This document shows positions 1 to 10,030 of a stretch of 64,000 nt of DNA, in pieces. The stretch covers positions 620,115 to 684,114 of the forward strand of contig OZ246408.1 in NCBI GenBank assembly GCA_965231015.1. The letters are read 5' to 3'. The notes beneath the pieces are model-generated. The model was not told the DNA's origin and ran no database searches. It saw only the letters and a list, made by a program, of their open reading frames with translations. A program made the position numbers and the translations under genes. Origin of the DNA: an uncultured Gammaproteobacteria bacterium (GTDB taxonomy: Bacteria; Patescibacteriota; Patescibacteriia; UBA9934; CAZDDW01). Every line of letters starts with the position of its first letter. Position 1 is the first letter of the stretch.

Positions 1-441
1 ATGATAAATCTGACCCATCCAAACCATATCACGCTTGGCCAAGTAATCGTTCACAGTCACCACGTGTACTCCTTTTCCGGTCAAACCATTCAAGTACACT
101 GGTGCGGTTGCGGTTAACGTCTTTCCTTCACCGGTTCTCATTTCTGCGATCCCGCCGCGGTGCAAAGCAATCCCTCCCATCATCTGCACGTCATAATGCC
201 GTTGTCCAAGCTGTCGCCAAGCGGTTTCACGCACCAAAGCAAAAGCCTCAGTCAAAATTTCATCCAAGTCTTTTCCACCTTCGGCCTCTTTACGAAGCTC
301 GTTACTTCGCGCCAAAATCTCGTTATCACTCAATTCCTTGATTTTTGGTTCTAAGGAATTAATCTCGGCTACTCGTTCTTCAAGTTCTGACAGCACCTTC
401 TTGTTAGGGTCTCCAAAGAGTTTTTCTATGATTTTTGCCAT
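1..441 (-). CDS. secA: Preprotein translocase ATPase SecA, 5' part (runs off the window start)
   Basis: Hand translation from ATG at 441: [15 protein letters not shown]...[11 protein letters not shown]...[12 protein letters not shown]...[14 protein letters not shown]; canonical SecA motifs; follows hpf as in many bacteria. Confidence 0.97.
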   Translation of the reverse strand, partial: MAKIIEKLFGDPNKKVLSELEERVAEINSLEPKIKELSDNEILARSNELRKEAEGGKDLDEILTEAFALVRETAWRQLGQRHYDVQMMGGIALHRGGIAEMRTGEGKTLTATAPVYLNGLTGKGVHVVTVNDYLAKRDMVWMGQIYH

Positions 442-498
442 AAATTCAATATAAAAGCCCCTTTAGATTACTCTAAAAGGACTTATTATTCAAGGTTT

Positions 499-885
499 CT
501 ACATTTCATCATCACTCCGCATAAATGGGATCGTGTTGCGAAGCTTTTTCCACGCCTTTTCACCCTTGCGTTGTTTGGCACCGAGCTTTTCCTTTTTTCT
601 GTAAATTTGCCGACGTAAATCATCTTTGGCTAGATCAATAGCCGCATACAAATCTTCATGAACCGCTTCTGCGCGCAACATATCACCCGGAATCTCACAA
701 TTAAACTCACAACGAAAGTACGGTCCTTGTTTGTGCCGCCCAGATTCATCCGCCACTTCAACATCACACTTAACCGGTTCAAAGTTTTGGGTCAGCTTGG
801 TCAGTGACATGAGCTTTTCTTTAACATACGAGCGAATTGCCTCAGTCATTTCCATGTTAGTGGCCTGGATTTTTGTGATTTGCAT
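499..885 (-). CDS. raiA: Ribosome hibernation factor / ribosome-associated translation inhibitor (HPF/RaiA)
   Basis: Motifs TEAIRSYVKEK and DLYAAIDLAKDDLRRQI; directly upstream of secA. Confidence 0.9.
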   Translation of the reverse strand: MQITKIQATNMEMTEAIRSYVKEKLMSLTKLTQNFEPVKCDVEVADESGRHKQGPYFRCEFNCEIPGDMLRAEAVHEDLYAAIDLAKDDLRRQIYRKKEKLGAKQRKGEKAWKKLRNTIPFMRSDDEM

Positions 886-917
886 ATTTCGAGCGGTTAA
901 AAGTTAAAAGTATAAAG

Positions 918-1868
918 TTACAGGTATTGAATTTCTTCTTGAAGTTGAATTCCGTATTCGTCCCGCACTCGCATTTTTATTTTGCTAATCAGTTGAATGA
1001 TCTGGTCGGCCGTAGCTGTTCCGTCGTTAACAATGAAGTTCCCATGATCAGTTGAAACCGATGCTCCACCGATAGTTTCCCCTTTTAGCCCAGCCTCATC
1101 AATCAGCCATCCGGCGCTAATCAACTTGTTCTCGAGCATAGCCTCTGGCACCTGGTCAGACCGCTTCAAGATATCAATCTCGCTTTCGTCCGAATATTCA
1201 AAGTTCTTAAACGTACAACCGGCACAACTGGCACCAAGCGGTTGACTGGCTTTACGTTTCTCCAAAAACTCGTTCATTTTACTCTTAATCTCTTCTTCGG
1301 TTCCAGGTTCAAGAACCAGAGTTACGTCGAGTACAATATCATTGGTTCCCTTTAAGATCGAGTCTCGATATCCAAACTGAAGCTCTTGGTTCGTCAACTC
1401 TTGCACCTGACCATCTCTAATAATACGAACACGTTCCACCACATCTTTCATTTCCCCACCAAAACATCCCGCGTTACCGTAGACTGCCCCTCCGATTGTA
1501 CCCGGCACAGCCACAGCCCACTCAAACTCTGTCAGGTCCGCGTCAGCTGCGGCGCGTGCAACTGCTACGGTTAATGCCCCGGCTTCGGCAAAAATTTTAT
1601 TACCCTGAATCTCATAAGCCCGGTTGGCCATCTTGATCACCAACCCATCGTAGCCCGAGTCACTGGCAAGCATATTCGTACCCCCGCCAATAACAGCAAA
1701 GTCAATTTGTTCTTGTTGGCATAGTTCGACCGCTTTTGTAATCTCTGCTGCGGTTCTAGCCTCAACAAACCATTTGGCCGGCCCACCAACCCGAAAAGTA
1801 CTGTGGGCTGACAGTGGTTCGTTCGCTTTTAAGCGATCGCCAAAGATCTTTTTTAGTTTTTCTTCCAT
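918..1868 (-). CDS. murB: UDP-N-acetylmuramate dehydrogenase
   Basis: HSTFRVGGPA, IGGGTN, PGTIGGAVYGNAG, FGYRDS, HGNFIVN motifs. Confidence 0.97.
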   Translation of the reverse strand: MEEKLKKIFGDRLKANEPLSAHSTFRVGGPAKWFVEARTAAEITKAVELCQQEQIDFAVIGGGTNMLASDSGYDGLVIKMANRAYEIQGNKIFAEAGALTVAVARAAADADLTEFEWAVAVPGTIGGAVYGNAGCFGGEMKDVVERVRIIRDGQVQELTNQELQFGYRDSILKGTNDIVLDVTLVLEPGTEEEIKSKMNEFLEKRKASQPLGASCAGCTFKNFEYSDESEIDILKRSDQVPEAMLENKLISAGWLIDEAGLKGETIGGASVSTDHGNFIVNDGTATADQIIQLISKIKMRVRDEYGIQLQEEIQYL

Positions 1869-2296
1869 AATTTCAGTTTAGCAGGGTTTTTGCCATGTTG
1901 CCAGGTTTAAAAAACACCCACACCAAAAATCCCACGTAAGGCACCATTCCGGCGAACAGATCAGCCAGATCGACACACGATCCTTCTGAAAGCAAGCCCG
2001 ACCCGAGGACTCGAACTTCTTGATTCCGAACTCGGTCACAGTACCGGACTGATTGTAACCCCCCGGATTTTATGACGTAAAGTCACACTCTTTGCAGGTC
2101 TGTCATTAACATCCTCATTTTCTGACAGCAAGTGATCACAATTGAATAATTTGATCCTGTCAAGTAAACACGCTAAAATATCTTTAGCTCTTTTATATCT
2201 CGTACAGTTACAGCATTGCAAAGATTGTTTGATTTGACTTCAACGGGTACAGACCAAGAATTCTCTCCATTGGGGTTTTTAGGAGGAGGTATTACT

Positions 2297-2581
2297 ATGA
2301 CAAAGAAAAAGAACGGCAAGTTTGGTCGTCACAGTACAGTAAGTAAAGAAGTAAAAAAGGTTGTCCGTAAATTGGTAAAGCTTGAGGGAGTTACCAAGCT
2401 CGAGCTAAACCGATTCCACCCGGTTCGTCACTCGCGAACCAACGGCGAAGTCGTGCTCAAGGAAGAGCACAGCAAAGGAATGAAACTCTTGGTTTACCAC
2501 TCGGACGGTATCCAAGAAATTTACCTGGTGTTTGAAGAGGAATCAAAAGACGACGTAACTGAGTACGTCGCCGCAATGTAA
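2297..2581 (+). CDS. DUF2103-like putative metal-binding protein
   Basis: SD AGGAGGAGGT at 2281-2290 before ATG 2297; GRHST near the N-terminus and KLLVYHSDGIQEIYLV resemble DUF2103 (recalled, not searched). Confidence 0.6.
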   Translation: MTKKKNGKFGRHSTVSKEVKKVVRKLVKLEGVTKLELNRFHPVRHSRTNGEVVLKEEHSKGMKLLVYHSDGIQEIYLVFEEESKDDVTEYVAAM

Positions 2582-2642
2582 CTATCTAGTATTATAAATT
2601 AAGGTTGTAGTCTTAGATATATTACGTACGGGATTGAGCGTG

Positions 2643-2669
2643 CCCCTGGGATCTACCGGATTCCAGGGG
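2643..2669. terminator. Hairpin between convergent genes
   Basis: CCCCTGGGATC...GATTCCAGGGG inverted repeat between the 2581 stop and the murC stop. Confidence 0.55.
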
Positions 2670-2671
2670 TA

Positions 2672-4033
2672 TTATAATTTTCTAGCCACTTCATCAATAT
2701 CCCCTGCCCCCATAATCAAAATTACATCGTTTGGCTTAGCAAGTTTACGAGTCATCTGCTCGGCCTGATCCAGATCTCGGGCATAACGAGCTTCGACTAT
2801 ACCGCGGTCGTTAATTGCCTCAACTAGTTTCCGGCTCGAAATCTCTTCCCGCTCCTCATCACGCCCGGCCACGTCATAAACTTCTGAAACGATCAGCTTA
2901 TCTGCCTTATCAAAACTTGGCACGAACTCGTCAAACAACTCAATCGTTCGTGCATGTTGGTGCGGTTGGAAACAAAGCAGGATTGATCGGTCGGAATAAA
3001 ACTCTTTGGCCGCCTTTAGAGTGTCGGAAATTGCTGTTGGATGGTGGCCGTAATCAGAGATAATTGGCGCGCCATCAAGCTCACCGACGAGCTCAAACCG
3101 TCGCCAAATTCCACCAAAAATTTTCAAGGTCTTTACAATTGTCTCGAACTTGACGCCGATCTTCAGAGCTGCCGTGATTGCGGCCAAAGCATTTTCAACA
3201 TTAAACTCACCAGGCATCACGAACTCGACCATGCCAAGCTCCTCGTGAGCGTGCGTCAAATCAAAACTTTGTCGACCAGATTCAACTACTCGATTCGAGC
3301 CAGCCACATGAGCCTCAACCTCAAATCCGTATGACAGAATCCTGTTTCCCGTCAGCTTCATGGACTCTATATCATTGGCGTTGCGGATTAACAGACCCTC
3401 CTCTGGAGGAAGTTTATCCACCAATTGCTGGAAGGTATTTCGGATATGATCTAAATCTTTATAAAAATCTAAATGATCTTCTTCGATATTGGTCAACACA
3501 ATGATGTCCGGATTCAGGTGCAACATATTAGCTTGGTACTCACATCCCTCTACAAGCAAGAGATCACTGGAGCCAACTTGTAAATTTTTGTACTCAAACC
3601 CCGGAACTCGTGTTCCCACAAAGATAGTTGGATCTAATCCAGCCGCAATTAGAATCTTTCCAAGCATAGCGGTAGTGGTTGATTTTCCATTGGTTCCGGT
3701 TACCACGATGGTGGTGTAATTTTTGGAAAGCTCTCCCAAAAATTCAAAATAACTTAGTTGTCGTACCCCGAGTTCTTTGGCCCGGGCTCGTTCTGGGTCA
3801 TCCTCAGGCACAGCTGAAGAAAAAATAACCAAGTCTGTTTCTTTGGAAATCAACTCTGGAGCATGACCAATCTTTAATACGGCCCCAGTCGCTGCGAACT
3901 CGTCTGTCAATTCCGTGGCCTTAATATCAGTTCCTGTCACCTGATTACCTTTTAAAACCAAAAACTTACCGGTCGCAGAAAGACCAACGCCACCAGCTCC
4001 AATAATATGTATTTTTTGAATCTTATCCATCAT
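2672..4033 (-). CDS. murC: UDP-N-acetylmuramate--L-alanine ligase
   Basis: IGAGGVGLS, GTNGKSTTT, TNIEEDHLD, DYGHHPT, FQPH, MGAGDI motifs. Confidence 0.96.
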   Translation of the reverse strand: MMDKIQKIHIIGAGGVGLSATGKFLVLKGNQVTGTDIKATELTDEFAATGAVLKIGHAPELISKETDLVIFSSAVPEDDPERARAKELGVRQLSYFEFLGELSKNYTTIVVTGTNGKSTTTAMLGKILIAAGLDPTIFVGTRVPGFEYKNLQVGSSDLLLVEGCEYQANMLHLNPDIIVLTNIEEDHLDFYKDLDHIRNTFQQLVDKLPPEEGLLIRNANDIESMKLTGNRILSYGFEVEAHVAGSNRVVESGRQSFDLTHAHEELGMVEFVMPGEFNVENALAAITAALKIGVKFETIVKTLKIFGGIWRRFELVGELDGAPIISDYGHHPTAISDTLKAAKEFYSDRSILLCFQPHQHARTIELFDEFVPSFDKADKLIVSEVYDVAGRDEEREEISSRKLVEAINDRGIVEARYARDLDQAEQMTRKLAKPNDVILIMGAGDIDEVARKL

Positions 4034-4107
4034 GTGCGTATAGATTAACGAATTTTATTTAAAAAGAAAAGGCCGGACCCCTGTAGAATCCGCGCCGCAC
4101 AGGTTCA

Positions 4108-5112
4108 CTAGACCTGTTGTCGAACGTGTTGAATCGAGTGGTCGTTAATCAGGTTGTAAGTCAAACGACCGTCCGGAGCCAGACGCAAGTTCCAGATCCG
4201 ATCACCCTGATCTAACTGCTGGTATTTTTCGCCAGAACAGACCAGAATCGACTGTCCATTGACCTTCTGAACGTAATACACACAGTGATTGTGGAAGACC
4301 GCACTCGTCCACTCATCATCCGAGCCGTCGAGCGCTACCGCCGCATCTTCGCTCACAAACCATTCCTGCGTTTCGATACAGAAATTGTCGTTTTCGAAGT
4401 GTTCGATGAAACGAATGGCCGGTTGATTGTCGACCCAGTGAACACGGAACTGCTCGAAACGAGCCAGCACCATCCGCTCGACCGAGCAACCGGGCAAGTA
4501 AAAGGGTGGTTTGCCATTCTGTGGACCAGGCCTGATCACTACTGCTTCCTTGAGCGTTGGAACTGTCGTCTTCCTTGTACACGGTTGTTTGGGCACATAC
4601 ACCAGAATGATACAGGAACCATCCGGAGATGCCGCAGCCAAACGAACGTAGCCGGGAATTGAACCGAGTTCAGCAAACTGCCACCCGTCCGTTGGTGTGA
4701 GACAGATTGGCATCTCCTCGCCGGCCAGTTGCAGGTTGTAAAGAGTAGTCACCTGACGACCATGGTTTGGCTCCACAGTGTCTTCGTACTTGTTGATCAG
4801 ACGACCATCCGGATCCAAGATGAAGACGTAGCGCCGTGGTGCAGTGAATTCAGGCGGATCGTATACTCCGCTGACCATCACTCGATCACGACTGACTGAT
4901 AAAACCTCATAATCACCGTGAAAATGATCCGGCAGATCCACCCAACCACTAGTTGTGGCAGTGTGGTAAAGCCGGTTGGTTCGCCTTGTGACCTTTACCA
5001 CGGCCGCATGCTCGCCGGAAAGTGAGGCTCCTATAAGTCCGTTCTCGTGAAGGTCTCCAGGATCGGAATTACTCGGAAGATCAACAATATTCTTTAAAGA
5101 TCTTGTCGACAT
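4108..5112 (-). CDS. Hypothetical protein, possibly beta-propeller (TolB-like)
   Basis: Long ORF; ATG at 5112 preferred; blade-like SPDG/DPDG/APDG turns and beta-rich composition. Confidence 0.55.
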   Translation of the reverse strand: MSTRSLKNIVDLPSNSDPGDLHENGLIGASLSGEHAAVVKVTRRTNRLYHTATTSGWVDLPDHFHGDYEVLSVSRDRVMVSGVYDPPEFTAPRRYVFILDPDGRLINKYEDTVEPNHGRQVTTLYNLQLAGEEMPICLTPTDGWQFAELGSIPGYVRLAAASPDGSCIILVYVPKQPCTRKTTVPTLKEAVVIRPGPQNGKPPFYLPGCSVERMVLARFEQFRVHWVDNQPAIRFIEHFENDNFCIETQEWFVSEDAAVALDGSDDEWTSAVFHNHCVYYVQKVNGQSILVCSGEKYQQLDQGDRIWNLRLAPDGRLTYNLINDHSIQHVRQQV

Positions 5113-5242
5113 CGTTCTTCCCCGTGGTTCCCCCCGCGGGTTAACGTCGAAATAGCACCTTAAACGAAAAATACGCATCTGTCAAGATAACTTAAAAGCT
5201 CGTGTTTGCTGATCCCTCGATTACTGGTAAAATAGCCCTACT

Positions 5243-6487
5243 ATGAAAACAATACGTCAATTTGATTCAAAGATAGCCGATTCCCTTGAAAGAGAGCTTA
5301 ATCGACAACGTGAAGGATTGGAGATGATTCCTTCAGAAAATTTTGTTTCCGAGGCCGTTCTTGAAGCCCTTGGGTCTGTTGCTACGAATAAGTACGCCGA
5401 GGGTCTGCCCAAAAAACGTTACTACGGAGGGTGTGAATTCATCGATGAAATTGAAAACCTGGCTCGCCAGCGAGCTAAAAAACTCTTTCAAGCAGAACGA
5501 GTAAATGTGCAACCACTTTCCGGAGCACCGGCCAACGTGGCGGCTTACTCGGCTCTTATGAATCCGGGTGACACTATTTTAGGAATGGATCTGGCTCACG
5601 GTGGGCACCTGACGCATGGCTCACCAACCACCTTCATGTCCAACATCTATCACTTTGTTCGATACACCACAACCAAGACGGGTGAAATTGATTATGACGA
5701 TATTGAGGCCAAGGCTCGTGAACATAAACCAAGGGTTATTCTGGTCGGTTATTCAGCATATTCAAGAGAAATTGATTACGAGCGAATTAAAAAACTGGCG
5801 GATGAAGTCGGTGCCTACACCATGGCTGACATGGCTCACATTGCCGGGCTAATTGCGGCTGGCGAAATGAGCAATCCGGTGCCGATTTTCGACGTGGTGA
5901 CCACAACTACTCATAAAACCTTACGAGGACCACGTGGTGGGATGATTATGTGCAAGGATGAACATTTTACTGCCATCAACAAGGCTGTATTCCCTGGACT
6001 ACAAGGCGGACCACACGAAAACAATATTGCTGCCAAGGCCATTGCGTTTAAAGAAGCTATGGAACCCGCATTCAAAGATTATGCACACCAGATCAAAGCC
6101 AATGCCAAGGTTTTAGAAACTGAGTTCAAGGCTCGAGATTATAAGTTGTGTTTTGGTGGGACTGACAACCATCTCTTGCTGATCGATGTCACACCAAAAA
6201 ACGTCACCGGACAGATCGCTGAAAGTGCACTCGATAAAGCCGGCATCACCGTTAACAAAAACATGATCCCTAATGACGAACGAGCCCCAATGGATCCTTC
6301 CGGCATCAGACTGGGAACTCCAGCGCTCACCACTCGCGGCATGAAAGAAGACGAAATGAAACAGATTGCCGGTTGGATTGATGAGGCCATTACCAATCAC
6401 GACAAAGAAACAAAACTCGCGGAGATTCGCGAGGCAGTAAAACAATTAACTAGCCAGTTCCCACTTTATCCGGAACTGAAATATTAA
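5243..6487 (+). CDS. glyA: Serine hydroxymethyltransferase
   Basis: LEMIPSENF, NKYAEG, GGHLTHG, DMAHIAG, TTTTHKTLRGPRGG (PLP lysine). Confidence 0.98.
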   Translation: MKTIRQFDSKIADSLERELNRQREGLEMIPSENFVSEAVLEALGSVATNKYAEGLPKKRYYGGCEFIDEIENLARQRAKKLFQAERVNVQPLSGAPANVAAYSALMNPGDTILGMDLAHGGHLTHGSPTTFMSNIYHFVRYTTTKTGEIDYDDIEAKAREHKPRVILVGYSAYSREIDYERIKKLADEVGAYTMADMAHIAGLIAAGEMSNPVPIFDVVTTTTHKTLRGPRGGMIMCKDEHFTAINKAVFPGLQGGPHENNIAAKAIAFKEAMEPAFKDYAHQIKANAKVLETEFKARDYKLCFGGTDNHLLLIDVTPKNVTGQIAESALDKAGITVNKNMIPNDERAPMDPSGIRLGTPALTTRGMKEDEMKQIAGWIDEAITNHDKETKLAEIREAVKQLTSQFPLYPELKY

Positions 6488-6491
6488 AAAT

Positions 6492-6950
6492 ATGAAAAAG
6501 CTTTTGATTATCCCCCTTGCATTTGTGTTATTGATGGGAGCCGGATGCAACCAGCCACCCGTCGAGACCACAAATGAACTTGAGTCTGAAACCATATCTG
6601 AGACTGAAACCGCAGTACCCGACTACGTTGGTACATGGTTTAGAGAACAAATCATTGTTGACGGGGTTCCTGAAGTCGGTCCGGTTGATGCTAATCTTGT
6701 ATTCGAAGAAGACGGTAAGGGGTCGTTTCATTCAGAAACTGATCTCTGTTATGTAGACGGAACTGTCGAAGTTACCGGAAATTCAGTTCACATGTTAACT
6801 GATGAGTCTGACTGTCCAGCTGAAGCGGTTGCCATGACGTCTGACATTACATATGAATATGAGGTTAGTGAGGACGGGCAAACCTACACCCACACGACGG
6901 TATTTTCAGGAGTGACTATCACAGAGGTTTACTCACGAGTGTCTGAATAA
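6492..6950 (+). CDS. Lipoprotein, lipocalin-like fold possible
   Basis: Signal ending LLMGAGC (lipobox); VGTW motif. Confidence 0.7.
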   Translation: MKKLLIIPLAFVLLMGAGCNQPPVETTNELESETISETETAVPDYVGTWFREQIIVDGVPEVGPVDANLVFEEDGKGSFHSETDLCYVDGTVEVTGNSVHMLTDESDCPAEAVAMTSDITYEYEVSEDGQTYTHTTVFSGVTITEVYSRVSE

Positions 6951-6958
6951 AAGACAAT

Positions 6959-6992
6959 AAAAACCACCCGGTAAATTCCGGGTGGTTTTTTT
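6959..6992. terminator. Bidirectional intrinsic terminator
   Basis: AAAAACCACCCGG-taaatt-CCGGGTGGTTTTT between convergent genes. Confidence 0.85.
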
Positions 6993-6999
6993 AATTTAC

Positions 7000-8691
7000 T
7001 TATTTCTTTTGTTGAACTGGTTTGGCTGGTTTTTCTCCATTCTTGGGTCTATCATCATAGTGTTTAACTCTTCGTAAAACCAGCCAACGCAACAGAATAA
7101 TGATCAAGGCCGCGATAATTCCCCAACAGTAGTTCACAAGAATTGCAATGACTACCGGAATTAAGAAGGCCAACACCGGAAGCATGTAATACACCACCAT
7201 TCGCTTTTCATTCAAACGTTTCTTTTCGTTATAAATCCGTCGTCGGAACCATGAAACGGTTGATAGAATGACCCCAACAATCAAAATCCATAACAACCAA
7301 GGGCAAATCCAGGAACACACGCCTGGTAAAAACATGCAGGCACAACATGTTCCACTGGTGGCCGCGGCTGATTTATCATCGTCATCAACTGGAGCAGTAA
7401 CACTGGAACAACCCCCACAGTCATCCGGACAGTTTACACAAGTCTCATCCGGCTGACACACATCATCACCACACGTATCCGCACACTCACCACAATCTGC
7501 GGAGCAACTCTCACAATTTTCCCCACATTCTAAACGACATTCTCCGTCACCACAATACTTATCGCGGCACGGGTCACATTCACCACAATCATCCGGACAA
7601 TTTTCGCACCCCTCTCCACACTGACTATCACAAACCCCGTCTCCGCAATCACTATCACACTGATCCGGATCTAAGCATTCCCCACAATCACCCGGACAAT
7701 TTTCACACCCTTCGTCACATTCAGGTACACACATTCCATCACCGCAGGTTGAATCGTCACACGGACTTGGCTCATAACACTCACCACAGTCATCAGGACA
7801 CGTGTCACAAAATTCGTCGCACTCTTCCTGACACACTCCATCACCACAATCTACTTCAGCACACGGATCCTCTTCACACTCTCCACAGTCCCATGGACAA
7901 TTGTAGCAGGTCTCGTCACACTCCGGCTGGCAAACACCGTCACCGCAGTCTACAAAATCACACTCACCATGTGGCTCATCACCCGGACACTCACCACAAT
8001 CACCCGGACAGTTTTCACAGGTCTCGTCACACTCCGGCTGGCAAACACCGTCACCGCAGTCTACAAAATCACACTCACCGTGCGGCTCACCACCAGGGTC
8101 ATTAGTGGTTTCCTGACAATTGGCTCGAACTTCGGCTTCAGTTTGGTAAACACTGATTGCTAAACCGGTTCCGGGCACACACATAGGTTCTGAAACATAA
8201 TCTATTCCATACCAGCCAGTTGACGGATCATGATAACAACACCAAACCGGCCCCCCGGTTTGATCCCCCGGACACTCACCACAATCATCCGGACAAGAAT
8301 CACACGCCTCATCACATTCCTCATCACAAACCCCGTCTCCGCAGGTTACTTCACCACATGGGTCATCACCGGGACACTCTCCACAATCTTCCGGACACCA
8401 GGTGCATTCTTCGTCACACTCGATGTCACATACACCATCACCACACACAACCCCGTCACAAGGACCGGGTTCCTCCTCCTCGTGTTGGCAACATTCAGGA
8501 AAAGCAATACAACACTCATCCTGACAAGCCGTGTCTCCCTCACAACCAATATAACAATCATCAAAATATGGTTGTGACTCTCCACACTCGGAATACCCAT
8601 TCATGGCCTCAGCCGGAGCTACACCCGGCAAAAATAAAAACAGGCCAAGAATCAGTCCTGCTAATGCAGATAACCTAAAATACTTTGGCAT
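7000..8691 (-). CDS. Secreted cysteine-rich CGDG-repeat membrane protein
   Basis: Signal peptide; about nine CGDGxC..C.E.C..CP.DCG.C repeats; three C-terminal hydrophobic helices. Confidence 0.85.
   Translation of the reverse strand: MPKYFRLSALAGLILGLFLFLPGVAPAEAMNGYSECGESQPYFDDCYIGCEGDTACQDECCIAFPECCQHEEEEPGPCDGVVCGDGVCDIECDEECTWCPEDCGECPGDDPCGEVTCGDGVCDEECDEACDSCPDDCGECPGDQTGGPVWCCYHDPSTGWYGIDYVSEPMCVPGTGLAISVYQTEAEVRANCQETTNDPGGEPHGECDFVDCGDGVCQPECDETCENCPGDCGECPGDEPHGECDFVDCGDGVCQPECDETCYNCPWDCGECEEDPCAEVDCGDGVCQEECDEFCDTCPDDCGECYEPSPCDDSTCGDGMCVPECDEGCENCPGDCGECLDPDQCDSDCGDGVCDSQCGEGCENCPDDCGECDPCRDKYCGDGECRLECGENCESCSADCGECADTCGDDVCQPDETCVNCPDDCGGCSSVTAPVDDDDKSAAATSGTCCACMFLPGVCSWICPWLLWILIVGVILSTVSWFRRRIYNEKKRLNEKRMVVYYMLPVLAFLIPVVIAILVNYCWGIIAALIIILLRWLVLRRVKHYDDRPKNGEKPAKPVQQKK
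7907..8079. repeat. 62-bp exact direct repeat (111-bp period) inside the Cys-rich gene
   Basis: 7907-7968 identical to 8018-8079. Confidence 0.9.
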
Positions 8692-8804
8692 AAGCCTTTT
8701 TATTATTTAATTTTAGAAATTATTATGTATATTTTACAGGAAAAAGTCATGTTTTTCAACTAAAACTGTTGATAAAAATGACTGCTGAGGAGCCCCTCAA
8801 CAGC

Positions 8805-9059
8805 CTAGTAATCAGGGTCATATGACCGTAGTTCATGTTTCACCCGACGCAGGCGCGCGCTTAGAATTGCCCGTTCAGCTCGCGCTTTTTTGAGTTGTTG
8901 GTTGAGACTGATCCTGTCGATCAACCGAGGATTACGACTTCGCTCCAACTTCTGGAGATCTCGTTGTATGCCGCGAATCTCCGCGTCTTTGTTGCCGATT
9001 TTTCGTTGAAGCGAAGTCACTTCGGTTTTTACAACCTTGCGCTCCGCTTGCTTGCCCAA
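8805..9059 (-). CDS. Small basic coiled-coil hypothetical protein
   Basis: 84 aa; SD GGAGGTG upstream of a TTG start; helical K/R-rich sequence. Confidence 0.6.
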   Translation of the reverse strand: MGKQAERKVVKTEVTSLQRKIGNKDAEIRGIQRDLQKLERSRNPRLIDRISLNQQLKKARAERAILSARLRRVKHELRSYDPDY

Positions 9060-9144
9060 GCATCACCTCCCTCCTATTTTACGTACTTTTACCGTACCAT
9101 AATTCTTGACTTTTTGGCCAATTTAAGGTATGGTTTGGCTTGTT

Positions 9145-9966
9145 ATGGCAAAAATCATTGATGGAAAAAATTTGGCCTCCGAGATTCGCTCGGAAATAAA
9201 AACACGAATTGCCTCTAGTGGGATCCGTCCGGGTCTGGCCGTTCTTTTAGTTGGTTCTGATCCAGCGTCTCATTGTTATGTCGGAATCAAAGAAAAAGCC
9301 TGCGCTGAAGTCGGAATCAATTCAGAAAAATATCTATATTTTGCCAGTGAACCTGAAGAAAAACTAATTGAAAAAATAAAGGAACTGAACTCTCGAAATG
9401 ATATCAACGGAATCCTGGTTCAACTCCCATTACCTAATCAAAACAAGGACAAAGTCATTGCCGCCATTGATCCGGCTAAAGATGTTGATGGTTTTCACCC
9501 TGATAATTTATCTAAACTGGATTCAGACGAACCACACATGATTTCCCCGGTCGCCCTTGGGGTTATGAAGATGATTGAATCAACCGGTCGACCGATTACC
9601 AAGTCACGAGCTGTATTTATTGGGTCCAATCTTTTTGCCAAACCAATCGCCCACTTACTCCAAGAGCACGACGTTGAACTCGAGACAGTTGATCGAAATT
9701 CACCAAATCTTGAGCTGAAAACCCAAAAGGCAGATATTCTAATTGTCGCGGCCGGCCGGCCGAACCTTATCAAGGGCAACATGCTAAAACCGGGAGCAAT
9801 CGTAATTGATATCGGCACTACGAAAGTTGACGGCAGGATTGTCGGAGATGTTGAGTTTAGCTCTGCTGAGCCGGTTGCTGGCTGGCTGAGCCCGGTTCCT
9901 GGTGGGGTTGGACCAATGACCGTGGCTTATCTACTGGTAAACGTCCTGAAAGCGACTAAAAAATAA
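9145..9966 (+). CDS. folD: Methylenetetrahydrofolate dehydrogenase/cyclohydrolase
   Basis: KIIDGK, PGLAVLLVG, GILVQLPLP, KDVDGFHP, PVPGGVGPMT; ATG 9145 preferred. Confidence 0.96.
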   Translation: MAKIIDGKNLASEIRSEIKTRIASSGIRPGLAVLLVGSDPASHCYVGIKEKACAEVGINSEKYLYFASEPEEKLIEKIKELNSRNDINGILVQLPLPNQNKDKVIAAIDPAKDVDGFHPDNLSKLDSDEPHMISPVALGVMKMIESTGRPITKSRAVFIGSNLFAKPIAHLLQEHDVELETVDRNSPNLELKTQKADILIVAAGRPNLIKGNMLKPGAIVIDIGTTKVDGRIVGDVEFSSAEPVAGWLSPVPGGVGPMTVAYLLVNVLKATKK

Positions 9967-10030
9967 ATAAACAAAAAATGACTGCCGAAAATATCGAGAG
10001 TCATTTTGTTTTTTTGTGATGTTTAATATG

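Noticed and set aside
102-354. Two short plus-strand ORFs
   Set aside because: Antisense to secA
1890-2221. Possible small gene or remnant between murB and the DUF2103-like gene
   Set aside because: Candidate frames are short or interrupted with no recognisable motif; cannot be supported
7268-8678. His/Thr-rich plus-strand ORFs over the Cys-rich gene; possible CRISPR-like periodicity
   Set aside because: These are antisense shadows of the Cys/Gly/Asp codon repeats; the repeats are coding, degenerate and lack unique spacers
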